NCBI GenBank assembly: GCA_044229975.1
Contig: JBGARZ010000016.1
Location: 128,001-192,000 of the forward strand
Length of the DNA stretch: 64,000 bases
Source: Polyangiales bacterium
GTDB taxonomy: Bacteria; Myxococcota_A; Polyangia; Polyangiales; Ga0077539
Reading direction: 5' to 3'
Below are positions 38,806-49,190 of this stretch, piece after piece (within the stretch, counting starts at the first letter, position 1; every line of letters starts with the position of its first letter). A program made the position numbers and the translations under genes. The notes below the pieces were generated by a model. It searched no databases and was not told the origin of the DNA. It saw only the letters and a program-made list of their open reading frames with translations.

Positions 38806-40688
38806 ATGAACCTCCCGCCCAACCCGACGCCCCTCTCCGTGCTCCGCGCGCAGCTCCTGCCGGTGGCGATGGTGTTCCTTCTGCCGCTGCTGTCGCTGGG
38901 GTTCACGCACCATGCGATCGGCTCCTTCGACGACAGCTTCGTCCGCCGCGCGACGCTCCAGATGGAGCGCGACGCCACGGTCACCCCCGAGCAGCGCGCC
39001 GAGTTCACGGCCTTCGTCACCCGCAACCCGCCGTCCGGGGCCTGCGTCTCCACCGACCCCGCGCTCGCCCGCTACCGCGAAAACCTCTCCGGTTGGTGCT
39101 CGGACACCTGGCAGTTTCTCGACGCGCGCCGCGCGAGCCACTGGGCGCTCGTGCTCGGTCTCTTCGCCACGCTCGCGGGCGCCGGCCTCGCGCTGCTCGC
39201 CCACTTCAACGCCCGCGCGCAGTACGCGAGCTTCGTCATCGGCTGGCGCGCGATGCAGGTCTTCGCCGCCATCGAGACCATGATCCAGGGCGTGCTCGCG
39301 GTGTGGCTGTCGTTCTGGGTGACGGCCTTCTTCTTCCACATCTACATCGTCAAGATCATCCTCGTCGTCGCGGTGTTCGCCCTGTACGTGTCGTGGCACG
39401 CCATCCGGTCGATCTTCCTGAAGCCACCCCCGCCGCCGCCCGTCGAGGCGCTGCGCGTCGAGGAGGAGCGCGCGTCGGGCCTCTTCGCCCGCATCCGCCA
39501 GCTCTGCGCCCGCGTCGGAACCGAAGCCCCCTCCAACCTCCTCGTCGGCATCGACGACAACTTCTTCGTCACCGAGTGCCCGCTCGACCTCGTCGAGGGC
39601 CGCGCCGAGGGCCGCTCGCTCTACGTCAGCCTCGCCCTCCTGCGCGTGCTCGACCGCGAGGAGACCGACGCCGTCCTCGCCCACGAGATGGGCCACTTCG
39701 TCGGCGGCGACACCGCCTTCACGCTCCGCATGGCGCCTCGCCGCGCGGCCTCGGTGCGCTACCTCGTGGCGCTCGCCGACAGCGCGCTGCCGGTGTTCTA
39801 TTTCATGAACGCGTACTTCGCGGCCTTCAACCTCGCGCTGCTCCGCGCCGAGCGCGACCGCGAGTTCGCGGCCGACGCCCTCTCGGCCCGCATCGTCTCC
39901 GGCGCCGCCCTGGGTCGCGCGCTCGTGAAGATCGCCGCCTACTCCAGCTACCGAACGCGCGTCGAGGCGAAGCTCTTCGACAACGACCGCACCCACGAGT
40001 CGCTCTCCATCGCGTCGCGCATCGCCGACGGCTTCGCGACCTACGCGGCCGGTGAAGACTGCTCCCTCGACCTGCGCGTCGCCGCGACGCCGCACCCCTT
40101 CGACACGCACCCCGCCCTCGACGCGCGCCTGGACGCCGTCGGGGCCCGCGTGGCCGGTGCCGACCTCGCCGCCGTGCTGCTCGCGCCTGCCGCGACGACG
40201 TGGCGCTCCGAGGTGGCCGACGCCGACACCATCGAGGCGCGCCTCTGGACCGACTACGAGGCGCGCTTCCACGCCGTGCACGAGCGGTCGCTCGCGTTTC
40301 GCTACCTGCCGTCGACCCCGGAGGAGGAGGCCGTGGTCGTGCGGTATTTCCCGGTGCGATCGTTCGCGTACGAGCACGACACCGTGGAGGTCGACTTCAA
40401 GAGCGTCACGGCGCCAGCGTGGGCCCGGTTCCGCTCGCGGACGTCCGCGACATCCAGATCAACGAGCGGATGTTCAAGAAGTACGTCGACGTCGTGCTGG
40501 TCGACGGGACGCAGCACTCGCTGCTGGTGAAGGGCCTCGGGTCGGGACAGACGGAGTTCGTCGAGGTGCTGGCGCTCTACGTGGGTCGTGGTCAGGTGGC
40601 CCGCGAAGACGCCCAGCGACGGGCGGCGGCGAGCGCATCGCTTGACGCTGCGAGACCCGCGGCGATAGAGCAGACCCCCGATGCCTGA
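38806..40688 (+). CDS. M48 (HtpX/Ste24-like) membrane metalloprotease with a probable frameshift near 40421
   Basis: TM helices, 'AHEMGH', 'REFAAD', 'FDTHP'. The first frame stops at 40530, while a protein-like continuation in another frame ends at 40688. Confidence 0.8.
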
Positions 40689-41136
40689 GGCGATCACCGT
40701 GGCTGACGAGGGCCTCACCCCGCTCGCACCCCGACGCATCATCGGCGCAGCGGTCGACGGGATCGTGTTCGCGTTCTGCGTACAGATCTTTCCCCTCGGC
40801 CTCGTCGCGGCTCCGCTCTACTTCGTCTTCGGTATGCGGCGTCGCACGCTCGGGCACCGGGCCGCGGGCCTCTCGGTGGTGACGCGCGACGCGACGCCGC
40901 TCGACCTTCGCCGGGCCGCGCTGCGCGCTCTTCCGGTCTGCGCGCTCATGACGCTCGCGAGCTTCCCGGTGTGGGGCGTGCTGCTCTTCGTGGTGGGGGC
41001 GGTCGTGTGGGCGGGGGTCGACGCCTGGCTCTACACGCAGGGATGGCGCCTCGGCCTGGGTGACCTCATGGCCGGGACGGCGACCGTGCGGCGGCCGCCT
41101 CGCGTTGCGCCCGCACCTCCCGCAACACCGGGGTGA
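40681..41136 (+). CDS. RDD family membrane protein
   Basis: 'RRIIGAAVD', 'TLGHRAAGLSVV', 'GDLMAGT'. Confidence 0.8.
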   Translation: MPEAITVADEGLTPLAPRRIIGAAVDGIVFAFCVQIFPLGLVAAPLYFVFGMRRRTLGHRAAGLSVVTRDATPLDLRRAALRALPVCALMTLASFPVWGVLLFVVGAVVWAGVDAWLYTQGWRLGLGDLMAGTATVRRPPRVAPAPPATPG

Positions 41137-42070
41137 GCCGCGCAGAGGCGGCGCGGTTGCACGCCGCCGTCGGGTGACCGTCGTTGGAGTTCACCTCCAG
41201 GCGGAAGTCATCGATCACGCGGGTGTGGGTGTGGTGCGCGGCGTCGTAGCGGCGGACGGCGTAGGCGAAGTTCCAGCTCCGGCAGTAGTCGACGACCATG
41301 ACCTCGTGGCCGTTGCGCGCGGCGAGGGAGTACAGGTAGTCGAGCACCAGGCTGATGCGGTGCCAGTAGAGCGGAGGCACCAGCGAGATGACCCGGAAGT
41401 CGCTGGTGTAGAGGGCCATCTTCCAGTTGACGAAGACGCGCTGGATGCCCTCGTTGATGAAGTCGGGCATGACGCGGGTGACGCCCTCGACGTTGCGGCT
41501 CCAGCGCACGACGCTCACCGAGTCCGTGGTCGACACGTCGTCGCAGATGAACGAGTAGAGCGCGACGTCGGGGTGGTACTTCATCCCGAACACCTGGGTC
41601 ATGCGGCCCATGCCCTCGAAGTTCATGCCGGGGATGCCGAAGTTGAAGGTCTCGTAGCGGTCGCCGAGGTCGCGCTGTAGCGCGTTGGGCAGCGTGTCGC
41701 GCTGCTGGAGCCCGAGGCCGAAGATGAACGAGTCACCAAACACCGCCACCCGGAAGACGCCCGGCGCTGCGGTGAGGGTGTGGTCGACGTCGCGGAAGCC
41801 CTCGGCGTTGGTCGAGATGCGGATGGGCTGGTACCCGCGGATGGCGCCGGGCGCGTGCTCGTGGGTGTGCTCGACGTCGCGGAGGTTGGGCCGGAAGCGG
41901 GTGATCTGGTCGGGCGGGATGTTCATCACATCGAGCCGGATGGCCGTGAAGTTGGAGCGCAGCGGCACCAGCAGCGCGAGCTCGATGAGCGTCGTGACGA
42001 CGTAGACATTGAAGAGGACGACCTTCGCCCGTTGAGCGAACCGCGCCGCCAGCTCTGAGGGCTCCGCCAT
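41066..42070 (-). CDS. SGNH/GDSL hydrolase family protein
   Basis: 'VAVFGDSFIFG', 'NFGIPG', 'DGHPT'. Confidence 0.85.
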   Translation of the reverse strand: MAEPSELAARFAQRAKVVLFNVYVVTTLIELALLVPLRSNFTAIRLDVMNIPPDQITRFRPNLRDVEHTHEHAPGAIRGYQPIRISTNAEGFRDVDHTLTAAPGVFRVAVFGDSFIFGLGLQQRDTLPNALQRDLGDRYETFNFGIPGMNFEGMGRMTQVFGMKYHPDVALYSFICDDVSTTDSVSVVRWSRNVEGVTRVMPDFINEGIQRVFVNWKMALYTSDFRVISLVPPLYWHRISLVLDYLYSLAARNGHEVMVVDYCRSWNFAYAVRRYDAAHHTHTRVIDDFRLEVNSNDGHPTAACNRAASARLTPVLREVRAQREAAAARSPSRP

Positions 42071-42172
42071 CGCCGCGACGCTAGTCCTTTTCCGCGGGCG
42101 ATGTGAAGCCCGACGCGCGGTCGTCCGACGGCTTCGACGTGTACTGGCCGATGGGCCACCGCACGCCCCGCC

Positions 42173-42736
42173 GTGGTGCCCGTTGACCTCATGGGAACCC
42201 TCTTCGCCGACCCTCGCATCGAGGCTCTCTACCGCCGCCTCTTCGACACGCCCGAGCGCCGCGCCCGGCTCGCCGAGCTCCTCGGCGCCCTCCTCGAAGA
42301 AGCTCCTCCGCCCGCGGCCCAGACGCCCCCTCGCAAGCCGCGCCCCGCGAAGAACGTCCTGCCTCCCCCCGACCTCTCGTCGCCCCCGATCGGCGATGGC
42401 GAGCGCCTCGACGCATCGCGCGGGTGGCTGGAGGTCTCCTTCGCCGCCGACCAAGGCCGCGTGGAGTCGGTGATGGTCTTCGAGACCCACCGGCCGGGCG
42501 CCCTCTACGCGGTGGTCGCCGTCGAGGCCGACGGTCGCACCGAGACCCTCTGGCAGCGCGGCTCCATCGGGTCGCTCCCGCACGCGGCGACGGTGCTCTC
42601 GGTGCGCCTGCGTGAGCCTCGTCCCCTCACGAAGCTACGTCTCTGGGTGGACACCGACGTGGTCGACACCTGGCCGGAGATCGACACCGTCGCGCTCGTC
42701 CCGTGGCGCATCACCACCGAGACCTGCGCGGTCTGA
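42173..42736 (+). CDS. Hypothetical protein with a discoidin/pappalysin-like beta domain
   Basis: 'WLEVSF..VMVFETHRPGA..LW..RLWVDT..WPEIDTVALV'; start uncertain (42173 or 42191). Confidence 0.55.
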   Translation: MVPVDLMGTLFADPRIEALYRRLFDTPERRARLAELLGALLEEAPPPAAQTPPRKPRPAKNVLPPPDLSSPPIGDGERLDASRGWLEVSFAADQGRVESVMVFETHRPGALYAVVAVEADGRTETLWQRGSIGSLPHAATVLSVRLREPRPLTKLRLWVDTDVVDTWPEIDTVALVPWRITTETCAV

Positions 42737-42742
42737 CCAACC

Positions 42743-43660
42743 TCACCCCTCGAAGAGACGGAGCGCGTTGCCCGACAGCACCGCCGCGCGCTCGGCCTCG
42801 CCCGGAACCGCATCGAGCAGGCGTCGCAGCTCGCGGTCCCAGGCGTAGGGGAGGTTGGGGAAGTCGGTTCCGTACAGGAGGCGTGACGCGCGCCCCGGGA
42901 AGAGCGCCGGCGGCAGCTCGCACGGGAGGAAGTCCGCGATCGCCATGGTGGTGTCCAACCACAGGTGCTCATAGCGATCGAGCAGGTCGAGGTACCCGTC
43001 GAACTCGTCGGCCCCGAGGTGCGGCACCACCAGCTTCAGCCGCGGATACTTCTGGAGCACCCGCTCCACCTGCTGCACGCCGCAGAGCGCCCGCGTGTCC
43101 ACTCCGTACGCGGGCGACGACGGCTCGCGACCCGCGTGGATCACCACCGGAACACCCGCGTCCTGGCACTGCGCGTACACCGGGTCGATGCGCGGGTCGT
43201 CGGCGCCCATGCGCTGCACGTGGCAGTGCAGCTTGATGCCGCGGAGCCCCAGCGGGCCCAGCGCCTCGCGCACCACGGCCTCGGTGTCGGGCTCACCGGG
43301 CATCACCGTTCCGAGCGGGATGATGACGTCGCGGTGCGCCGCCGCGAGCTCGGCGACATATCGGTTGAGCATCGCGGCGAGACCCGGCTTGTGCGAATAG
43401 TGCAGCGCGCAAAACCGCGACACCCCGCGCTCGCGCATGAACGCAATCACCTGCTCGGAGTGCAGCCGATATCGGATGGGCCACGCGTTGACGTCGAACC
43501 ACCGCCAGATGGCCTCGAACATCCCATCGGGGAAGAGGTGCACGTGCGCGTCGACCACCGTGAGCCCGGCCGGGACGCTCGCGCCCTCGGCATCATCGAT
43601 GCCGCCGCGCGGGATGTACGGACCGTGCGCGCAGCCTGCGGGGCCCTCGTCGTGGCTCAT
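42743..43660 (-). CDS. Amidohydrolase family protein
   Basis: 'VDAHVH', 'GIKLH', 'VIHAG', 'PHLG', 'YGTDFP'. Confidence 0.9.
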   Translation of the reverse strand: MSHDEGPAGCAHGPYIPRGGIDDAEGASVPAGLTVVDAHVHLFPDGMFEAIWRWFDVNAWPIRYRLHSEQVIAFMRERGVSRFCALHYSHKPGLAAMLNRYVAELAAAHRDVIIPLGTVMPGEPDTEAVVREALGPLGLRGIKLHCHVQRMGADDPRIDPVYAQCQDAGVPVVIHAGREPSSPAYGVDTRALCGVQQVERVLQKYPRLKLVVPHLGADEFDGYLDLLDRYEHLWLDTTMAIADFLPCELPPALFPGRASRLLYGTDFPNLPYAWDRELRRLLDAVPGEAERAAVLSGNALRLFEG

Positions 43661-43662
43661 CG

Positions 43663-44385
43663 CTAGCTGACGCGCTGGAGGCAGTCGCGCAGGCGGTCGT
43701 CGATGACGCGGTTGAGGCCGCCGCGCATGCCGCCGCGGACGTTGGCCTCGGGGAAGAGGTGCGGTCGGCCGAAGTCGTCGACGGCGTGCGTGAGCTCCAT
43801 CACGCCGAGGTTGTTGGCCCGCGCGTAGTGCATCACTTCGAGCAGCACCCGCAGCTCGGCGTAGCCGTCGTAGCCGCCTTCCTGAAGGCGTTCGAGGAAG
43901 TAGCGGGTGCGGCGCTCGATGTCGCGCACCAGCAGGAAGACTTCACCCGCCGTCACGAAGGACCCCGCCGTCGCGGGCCCCGAGAAGCCCTCGCGAATCT
44001 CTCCGACGGCCGCGCCCAGCTCCCGCGTGCGCGCGCCGAGGATGGACGCCGAGCGGGTGTATGGACGCAGCGGGCACTCGCCCGAGCCGCGCCAGTACGA
44101 CAATCCCAGGTTGCCCAGGAAGTACACCGGGTGGTGGTGCGCCGCGACGATGCCGAAGGCGTAGTTGACCGACGCGGCCCACGGGAGACCGTCACCCGCG
44201 CGCAGCGATCCCACCGCGGCCTGCATGGTCGGAACCCACGCGCCGAGGCGCTCGCGCAGCGCCGGGTGATCGCCCGCGAGGTCGATGAGCTGTGCGATGG
44301 GTCGACGGTCGACGAGCGCAGGAACCCACGTGTGCAGGTAGGCCCGCTCCTCGAAGGGGTGGAGGGTGACGGCGTAGGGCGTCAC
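43663..44385 (-). CDS. Hypothetical protein
   Basis: GTG start overlaps the upstream stop; globular composition. Confidence 0.7.
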   Translation of the reverse strand: MTPYAVTLHPFEERAYLHTWVPALVDRRPIAQLIDLAGDHPALRERLGAWVPTMQAAVGSLRAGDGLPWAASVNYAFGIVAAHHHPVYFLGNLGLSYWRGSGECPLRPYTRSASILGARTRELGAAVGEIREGFSGPATAGSFVTAGEVFLLVRDIERRTRYFLERLQEGGYDGYAELRVLLEVMHYARANNLGVMELTHAVDDFGRPHLFPEANVRGGMRGGLNRVIDDRLRDCLQRVS

Positions 44386-44912
44386 GTCCCGGAGTCGGCG
44401 GCGGGTGGGGTCGACAGCGCGCGCACGACCTTCTCGACGGTGTCGCGGGCGCGGCCCTCGATCATGGCTTCGAGGATGCGCCGGGCGCCGGGGTTGCGGT
44501 TGAGCACGTCCTCGATGTCGGCGTGGTCGAAGCGCACCACGCTCAGGTCGGTGAGCGCCGTCACCGTGGCCGTGCGCGGGAGGTTGGTGAGCAGGGCGAC
44601 CTCGCCGAAAAACGCCCCGTGTTGCAGCGTCGCGAGCACCAGCGGCGCGCCGTCGGGCGTGGTCGTCGTGACCTCGGCGACCCCCTGGTCGATGAGGTAG
44701 AAGTCCGAGCTCGGCTCGCCTTCGGTGAGCACCACCTTGGCGGGCGGAAACACCATCACCACCCCGCGGTCGGCCAGGTCGCGCCGCGCCTCGGGGTCGA
44801 GCGAGCGAAACAAGAACGACCCCGTGACCACCGCCTCGACCCCGTCGCGCAGCCAGTCCAGCGTGTCGGCCGTGGCCGCGGTCCCCTCGTCGGTCGTCAG
44901 TGGGTCGGTCAT
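44382..44912 (-). CDS. Stand-alone cyclic-nucleotide-binding domain protein
   Basis: 'EGEPSSDFYLIDQG', 'FFGEVALLTNLPRTATVTA'. Confidence 0.9.
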   Translation of the reverse strand: MTDPLTTDEGTAATADTLDWLRDGVEAVVTGSFLFRSLDPEARRDLADRGVVMVFPPAKVVLTEGEPSSDFYLIDQGVAEVTTTTPDGAPLVLATLQHGAFFGEVALLTNLPRTATVTALTDLSVVRFDHADIEDVLNRNPGARRILEAMIEGRARDTVEKVVRALSTPPAADSGT

Positions 44913-45052
44913 CGTGCGGCGTCGATGCTGCCACGGTTCGGCGCTGCGACGCCACCGACGCACCCGCTTCGCCGGGTCGGCGGTGATGCGTGGGGGAGGG
45001 GCTTGTTCCAGAACGCGCGAAGTCGGTGGTATAGGGGCCCAAGTCGGTCGCC

Positions 45053-47119
45053 GTGGTCACCTCTCCGCAGACAACTCCTACGCCCGCGCCCCCGTCACCT
45101 GCCCCGGCCACGCCGTCGGTGATCCCTGGCGTGATGTCCGCGGGCACGCGCCTCGGCCGCTACGAGATCGTCTCCGACCTCGGCGCGGGCGGCATGGCCA
45201 CCGTCTATCTCGGGCGCGCGCTCTCGGTCGCCGGCTTCCAGCGCCTCGTCGCCATCAAGCTGCTGCACCCGCACCTGCTGAGGGACGAGACCTTCGTGCA
45301 GATGTTCCTCGACGAGGGGCGGCTCGCGGCGCGCATCCACCACCCCAACGTCGTCGCGACGCTCGACCTCGAACGCTCCCCCGAAGGTCTCTACATCGTC
45401 TCGGAGTACATCGAGGGCGACCAGCTCCTGGGGCTCTACAAGTCCGCGCGCGCCACCGAGCAGCGCATCCCGCGCAACATCGCGCTGCGCATCGCCATCG
45501 ATGTTCTGGCGGGTCTCCAGGCCGCCCACGAGCTCACCGACGACCTCGGCGTTGCCCTCAAGATCGTCCACCGCGACGTCTCGCCGCACAACATCCTCGT
45601 CGGCTCCGACGGCATCTCGCGCCTCACCGACTTCGGCATCGCCAAGGCCGAGGAGCGCATCGCCGACACCCGCGATGGCATCGTGAAGGGCAAGCTCTCG
45701 TACATGGCGCCCGAGCAGCCCAACGACGGGCCCATCGACCGCCGCGCCGACCTCTTCGCGCTCGGGACCGTCCTCTGGGAGTGCCTCACCGGCCGCCGTC
45801 TCTTCCCCGGGAAGACCGACGCCGAGGTGCTCCAGTCCCTGCTCAACCGCCCCATTCCGCGGCTGCGCGCCGTCGACCCGGAGCTCCCCGAGGCGCTCGA
45901 CGGCGTGCTCGCCCGCGCCCTCGACCGCGACCCCGAGCGCCGCTGGCAGAGCGCGCGAGAGTTCGCCGATGCTCTCGAAGGAGCAGTGTCGGGCTCCGAG
46001 ATCGCCTCGTACCGGGTCGTCGCCGAGCACGTGAAGCAGGTCGCCTCGGCCAAGATCATCAACGAGCACGAGCGCCGCCGCGCCACCACCCGCGACCTCC
46101 CGGCGTACCGCCCGACGGCCGAGTCCCTGCGCTCCATCGCGGCCATCCCCTCGCCGGGGCGCCCCACCGTGACGCCGCCAGAGCCCGCCGAGATCGTCGT
46201 GCCCGCGCACGCCGACGAGGCGCCGACGCAGATCCAGTCGACGAACATGCACCTGCTGCCGCCGACGATGCCGACGGCGCGCTCGCTCGTGGCCCCGCCG
46301 CCGCTGCCGCCGTCCGCGAAGCTCATCGTCGCTCCCCCGGAGACGCCCACCGCGCGTCCGCCCTCGGCGGCGTCCGAGCACCGCACCTCCGGCTCGCGCC
46401 CGCTGCCGCCGCTGCCGCCGTTGACGGCTCCGTCGTCACAGCCCGCTTCGGACAAGCCACCGACGGAAGCCGCCAAGGACGACGCGTCGGCGGTCGAAGA
46501 GCCGATGCCGCTGCTGGCCGAGAAGCGCATCTCCATCCCGCCGACGCTCATCTCGTCGCCCGCGCTCGACGAGGCCGCCGCCGTCGCGCGCCTCTCGCTC
46601 GCGCCGCCCGTCGTGTCGACGGAGATGCTCCCGATGTCGCCGCCGGTCGTGCAACCGGTCGTGCAACCGATCGCGCCGCCAGAGCCACGGCGCCGCGGGG
46701 GCGCTTGGATCTTCGCGGGCGTGGTCCTGCTGGGCGTCGCCCTCGGGCTCGTCATCTGGAAGGTCGGCCTGCAGGAGACGTCCTCCGGCGGCAGCGCTCC
46801 CGCCGTGGCGCGCGCGGTCGAGCCGACGCCCATCGTCGTGCCGCCGCTCGATCCGCCGGTGACCCCGGTCGTGCCCCCGCCCGCCGTCGCGATGGAGTCC
46901 GCGCCCGTCGTCGAAGCGCCCGCCGTCCCCGTCGTCGAGGCGCCCGCTGCGCCCGTCGTCGTCGCGGCTCCGTCGCCGCAACCGCTGCTCCGTCGGCCGG
47001 TGCCGCCTCGCGCTCCGGTGCCTCCGACGCCGCCCGTCGCGCGGCCGCCCGTGGTCGTTCCGGTGCTGCCCGCGCCCGTCGCGACGCCGACCGCTCCGTC
47101 GCTCCCCACCTCGATCTGA
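45053..47119 (+). CDS. Ser/Thr protein kinase (Hanks type) with Pro-rich linker and TM helix
   Basis: 'LGAGGMATV', 'VAIK', 'HRDVSPHNILV', 'DFGIAKA', 'YMAPEQ'. The start may be a later ATG. Confidence 0.95.
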   Translation: MVTSPQTTPTPAPPSPAPATPSVIPGVMSAGTRLGRYEIVSDLGAGGMATVYLGRALSVAGFQRLVAIKLLHPHLLRDETFVQMFLDEGRLAARIHHPNVVATLDLERSPEGLYIVSEYIEGDQLLGLYKSARATEQRIPRNIALRIAIDVLAGLQAAHELTDDLGVALKIVHRDVSPHNILVGSDGISRLTDFGIAKAEERIADTRDGIVKGKLSYMAPEQPNDGPIDRRADLFALGTVLWECLTGRRLFPGKTDAEVLQSLLNRPIPRLRAVDPELPEALDGVLARALDRDPERRWQSAREFADALEGAVSGSEIASYRVVAEHVKQVASAKIINEHERRRATTRDLPAYRPTAESLRSIAAIPSPGRPTVTPPEPAEIVVPAHADEAPTQIQSTNMHLLPPTMPTARSLVAPPPLPPSAKLIVAPPETPTARPPSAASEHRTSGSRPLPPLPPLTAPSSQPASDKPPTEAAKDDASAVEEPMPLLAEKRISIPPTLISSPALDEAAAVARLSLAPPVVSTEMLPMSPPVVQPVVQPIAPPEPRRRGGAWIFAGVVLLGVALGLVIWKVGLQETSSGGSAPAVARAVEPTPIVVPPLDPPVTPVVPPPAVAMESAPVVEAPAVPVVEAPAAPVVVAAPSPQPLLRRPVPPRAPVPPTPPVARPPVVVPVLPAPVATPTAPSLPTSI

Positions 47120-47132
47120 GCCCACTGCCCCG

Positions 47133-48158
47133 ATGCCAACGCTTCGTCGTCCGCTCTGCTCACGCGCCGCTGCGCTCGCGGTGATGCTTACCGCGTCGGG
47201 TATTCCGTCGGTCGCCCTCGCGCAGTCGCCGCCGAGCGCAGCCGCCACGCCCGCCGCCGTCGCCGCGCAGGGCCGCTTCGACCGCGGGCGCACCCTCTTC
47301 CAGCAAGATCACTTCGCCGAGGCGCTCCCCGAGTTTCGCGCGTCGCTGGAGCTGTTTCGCAGCCCCAACACCCGGCTCTACGTGGGCCTCTGTCTCCAGC
47401 GCTTGAACCGCTTCGCCGAGGCCTTCGCGGAGCTCTCGCGCACGGCGGCCGAGGCCGGCGACCTCGTCGCCACCGACCGCCGCTACGAGGGCGCTCGCGA
47501 CCTCGCGCGCCGCTCCCTCGCCGAGGTCGAGCCCCGCGTGGCGCAGCTCTCGGTGCGCGTCGTCGACCCGCCGCCGGGCGTGACCGTGCACGTCGGCAGC
47601 ACGACGCTCGACGCGGCGGCGCTGGGCGTGGCGATCCCGTTTGATCCGGCGGAGGTCACGGTGGTGGCCGAGGCGCCGGGCTTTCTTCCGTCGCGGCAGT
47701 CGGTGCGGCTGACCCCGGGCGGTCGGGCGTCCATCGAGCTCGCGATGCGCCGCGCGCCGGTGACGGCCAACGTTGCTCCGCCGGTGACGGGGCAGGGAGA
47801 AAACGTTCCGCCGCCCGCTCGTGGCGGTGGGGTGCGGGTGGCGGGCTTCGTGGTGGCGGGCGTCGGCGTCGCGTCGCTGGCGGTGTTTGGCGTGCTCGGG
47901 GGGATGGCCTCGTCGCAGTACAACGACCTCTCGCGGGTGTGCCCGGTGCGCGCGTGCGGCCCTGCACAGGTGGCGGACATCGACAGCGGCGTGGGGCTCA
48001 CCACGGGGGCCAACGTGATGCTGGGCGTCGGGATCGTGGCGGTGGTCGCGGGCGGTGTGATGATCGCGGTGGGCGGTCCGAGGTCGGGGGCGGCGCCGCA
48101 GACGACGGCGTACGTTGATCCGACGTCGGGGACGGTGGGGGTGCGCGGTGCGTTCTGA
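47133..48158 (+). CDS. TPR/PEGA-type membrane-anchored protein
   Basis: Signal peptide, TPR-like helices, a beta domain ('VVAEAPGFLP') and two C-terminal hydrophobic segments. Confidence 0.8.
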   Translation: MPTLRRPLCSRAAALAVMLTASGIPSVALAQSPPSAAATPAAVAAQGRFDRGRTLFQQDHFAEALPEFRASLELFRSPNTRLYVGLCLQRLNRFAEAFAELSRTAAEAGDLVATDRRYEGARDLARRSLAEVEPRVAQLSVRVVDPPPGVTVHVGSTTLDAAALGVAIPFDPAEVTVVAEAPGFLPSRQSVRLTPGGRASIELAMRRAPVTANVAPPVTGQGENVPPPARGGGVRVAGFVVAGVGVASLAVFGVLGGMASSQYNDLSRVCPVRACGPAQVADIDSGVGLTTGANVMLGVGIVAVVAGGVMIAVGGPRSGAAPQTTAYVDPTSGTVGVRGAF

Positions 48159-49110
48159 GCGGGCTCGATGGCTCGTGCTGGCGGCGGTGCTGGGCGGGTG
48201 TTCGTTTGAGTGGGACGCGCTGCGGCCACGGGTCGACGGCGGGACGCGGGCGGACGTGCAGATGGGCACGGACGCAGGCGCAGACGCGGGCTTCGCGACG
48301 GACGTCGTGACGACGACGGACGTGGGCGAGGACGCGGGCACGACGGACGTGGGTGAGTCGGACGCGGGCGAGCTCGACGTGGGTGAGCTGGACGCGGGCA
48401 CGACGGACGCGGGCGAGCTCGACGCGGGCACGGACGTCGGCTTCGACGCGGGTGTGATGGATGTGGGGACGCCCGATGTGGGGACGCCCGATGTGGGGCG
48501 ACCGGACGTCGGGATGCCCGACGTGGGCACGCCGGATGTCGGGACGCCGGACGTGGGGACACCCGACGTCGGGACCTCGGACAGCGGAGTGGTCGCTCCC
48601 ACCGCGGGTTCGCTGGTGATCACCGAGATCATGAACGACCTCGAAGGCTCGCCTTCGGAGCCCGAAGGGGAGTGGATCGAGATCTACAACCCGGGACCGA
48701 GCGCGGTGAACCTGTCGAACGTGCGGGTGCGGGATGCGAGCTCCGCCTCGGGGCCGATCGTCCCCACTTCGGGGACGGCGATCATCCAGCCGGGCGCCTA
48801 CGCGGTGCTCGCGCGAACCGCGACGCTGGACATCAGCGGTGGGCCGGTTCGGGCGATCGCGACCTACGACACGGTGGCGCTCAACAACTCGGGGAGCGAG
48901 ACCGTCACCATCGAGACGACGACCGGGACGCTGATCGACACGGTGACCTACGGGGCGGGCTGGCCCAACGTCGGCGGTCGCTCGAAGTCGTTGCGTTCGA
49001 CGAGCCTCGACGCCACGGCGAACAACATGGTGGCCAACTGGTGCGGGGCGACGACCCTCTACACCACCGCCAACTACGGAACGCCCGGCGCCGCCAACGA
49101 CTGCCCCTGA
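48148..49110 (+). CDS. Lamin-tail-domain lipoprotein
   Basis: Lipobox LGGC, acidic repeat linker, 'LVITEIM', 'EWIEIYN', 'GTPGAAND'. Confidence 0.85.
   Translation: MRSERARWLVLAAVLGGCSFEWDALRPRVDGGTRADVQMGTDAGADAGFATDVVTTTDVGEDAGTTDVGESDAGELDVGELDAGTTDAGELDAGTDVGFDAGVMDVGTPDVGTPDVGRPDVGMPDVGTPDVGTPDVGTPDVGTSDSGVVAPTAGSLVITEIMNDLEGSPSEPEGEWIEIYNPGPSAVNLSNVRVRDASSASGPIVPTSGTAIIQPGAYAVLARTATLDISGGPVRAIATYDTVALNNSGSETVTIETTTGTLIDTVTYGAGWPNVGGRSKSLRSTSLDATANNMVANWCGATTLYTTANYGTPGAANDCP
48460..48579. repeat. In-frame 15-bp tandem repeat, 8 units (DVGTP)
   Basis: Seen directly in both DNA and translation. Confidence 0.9.
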
Positions 49111-49190
49111 ACCCCCGCCGGGCAATCGTTCGCGGACGCCCGGAGGTGGGTGGAGACCCGCGGCGGACTGGAGTAGCTTCCGCGCCCTTC

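Noticed and set aside
41066..41136. 71-bp convergent overlap of the RDD and SGNH genes as antisense regulation
   Set aside because: Short 3' overlaps with low-complexity tails are common in high-GC genomes, and there is no further support.
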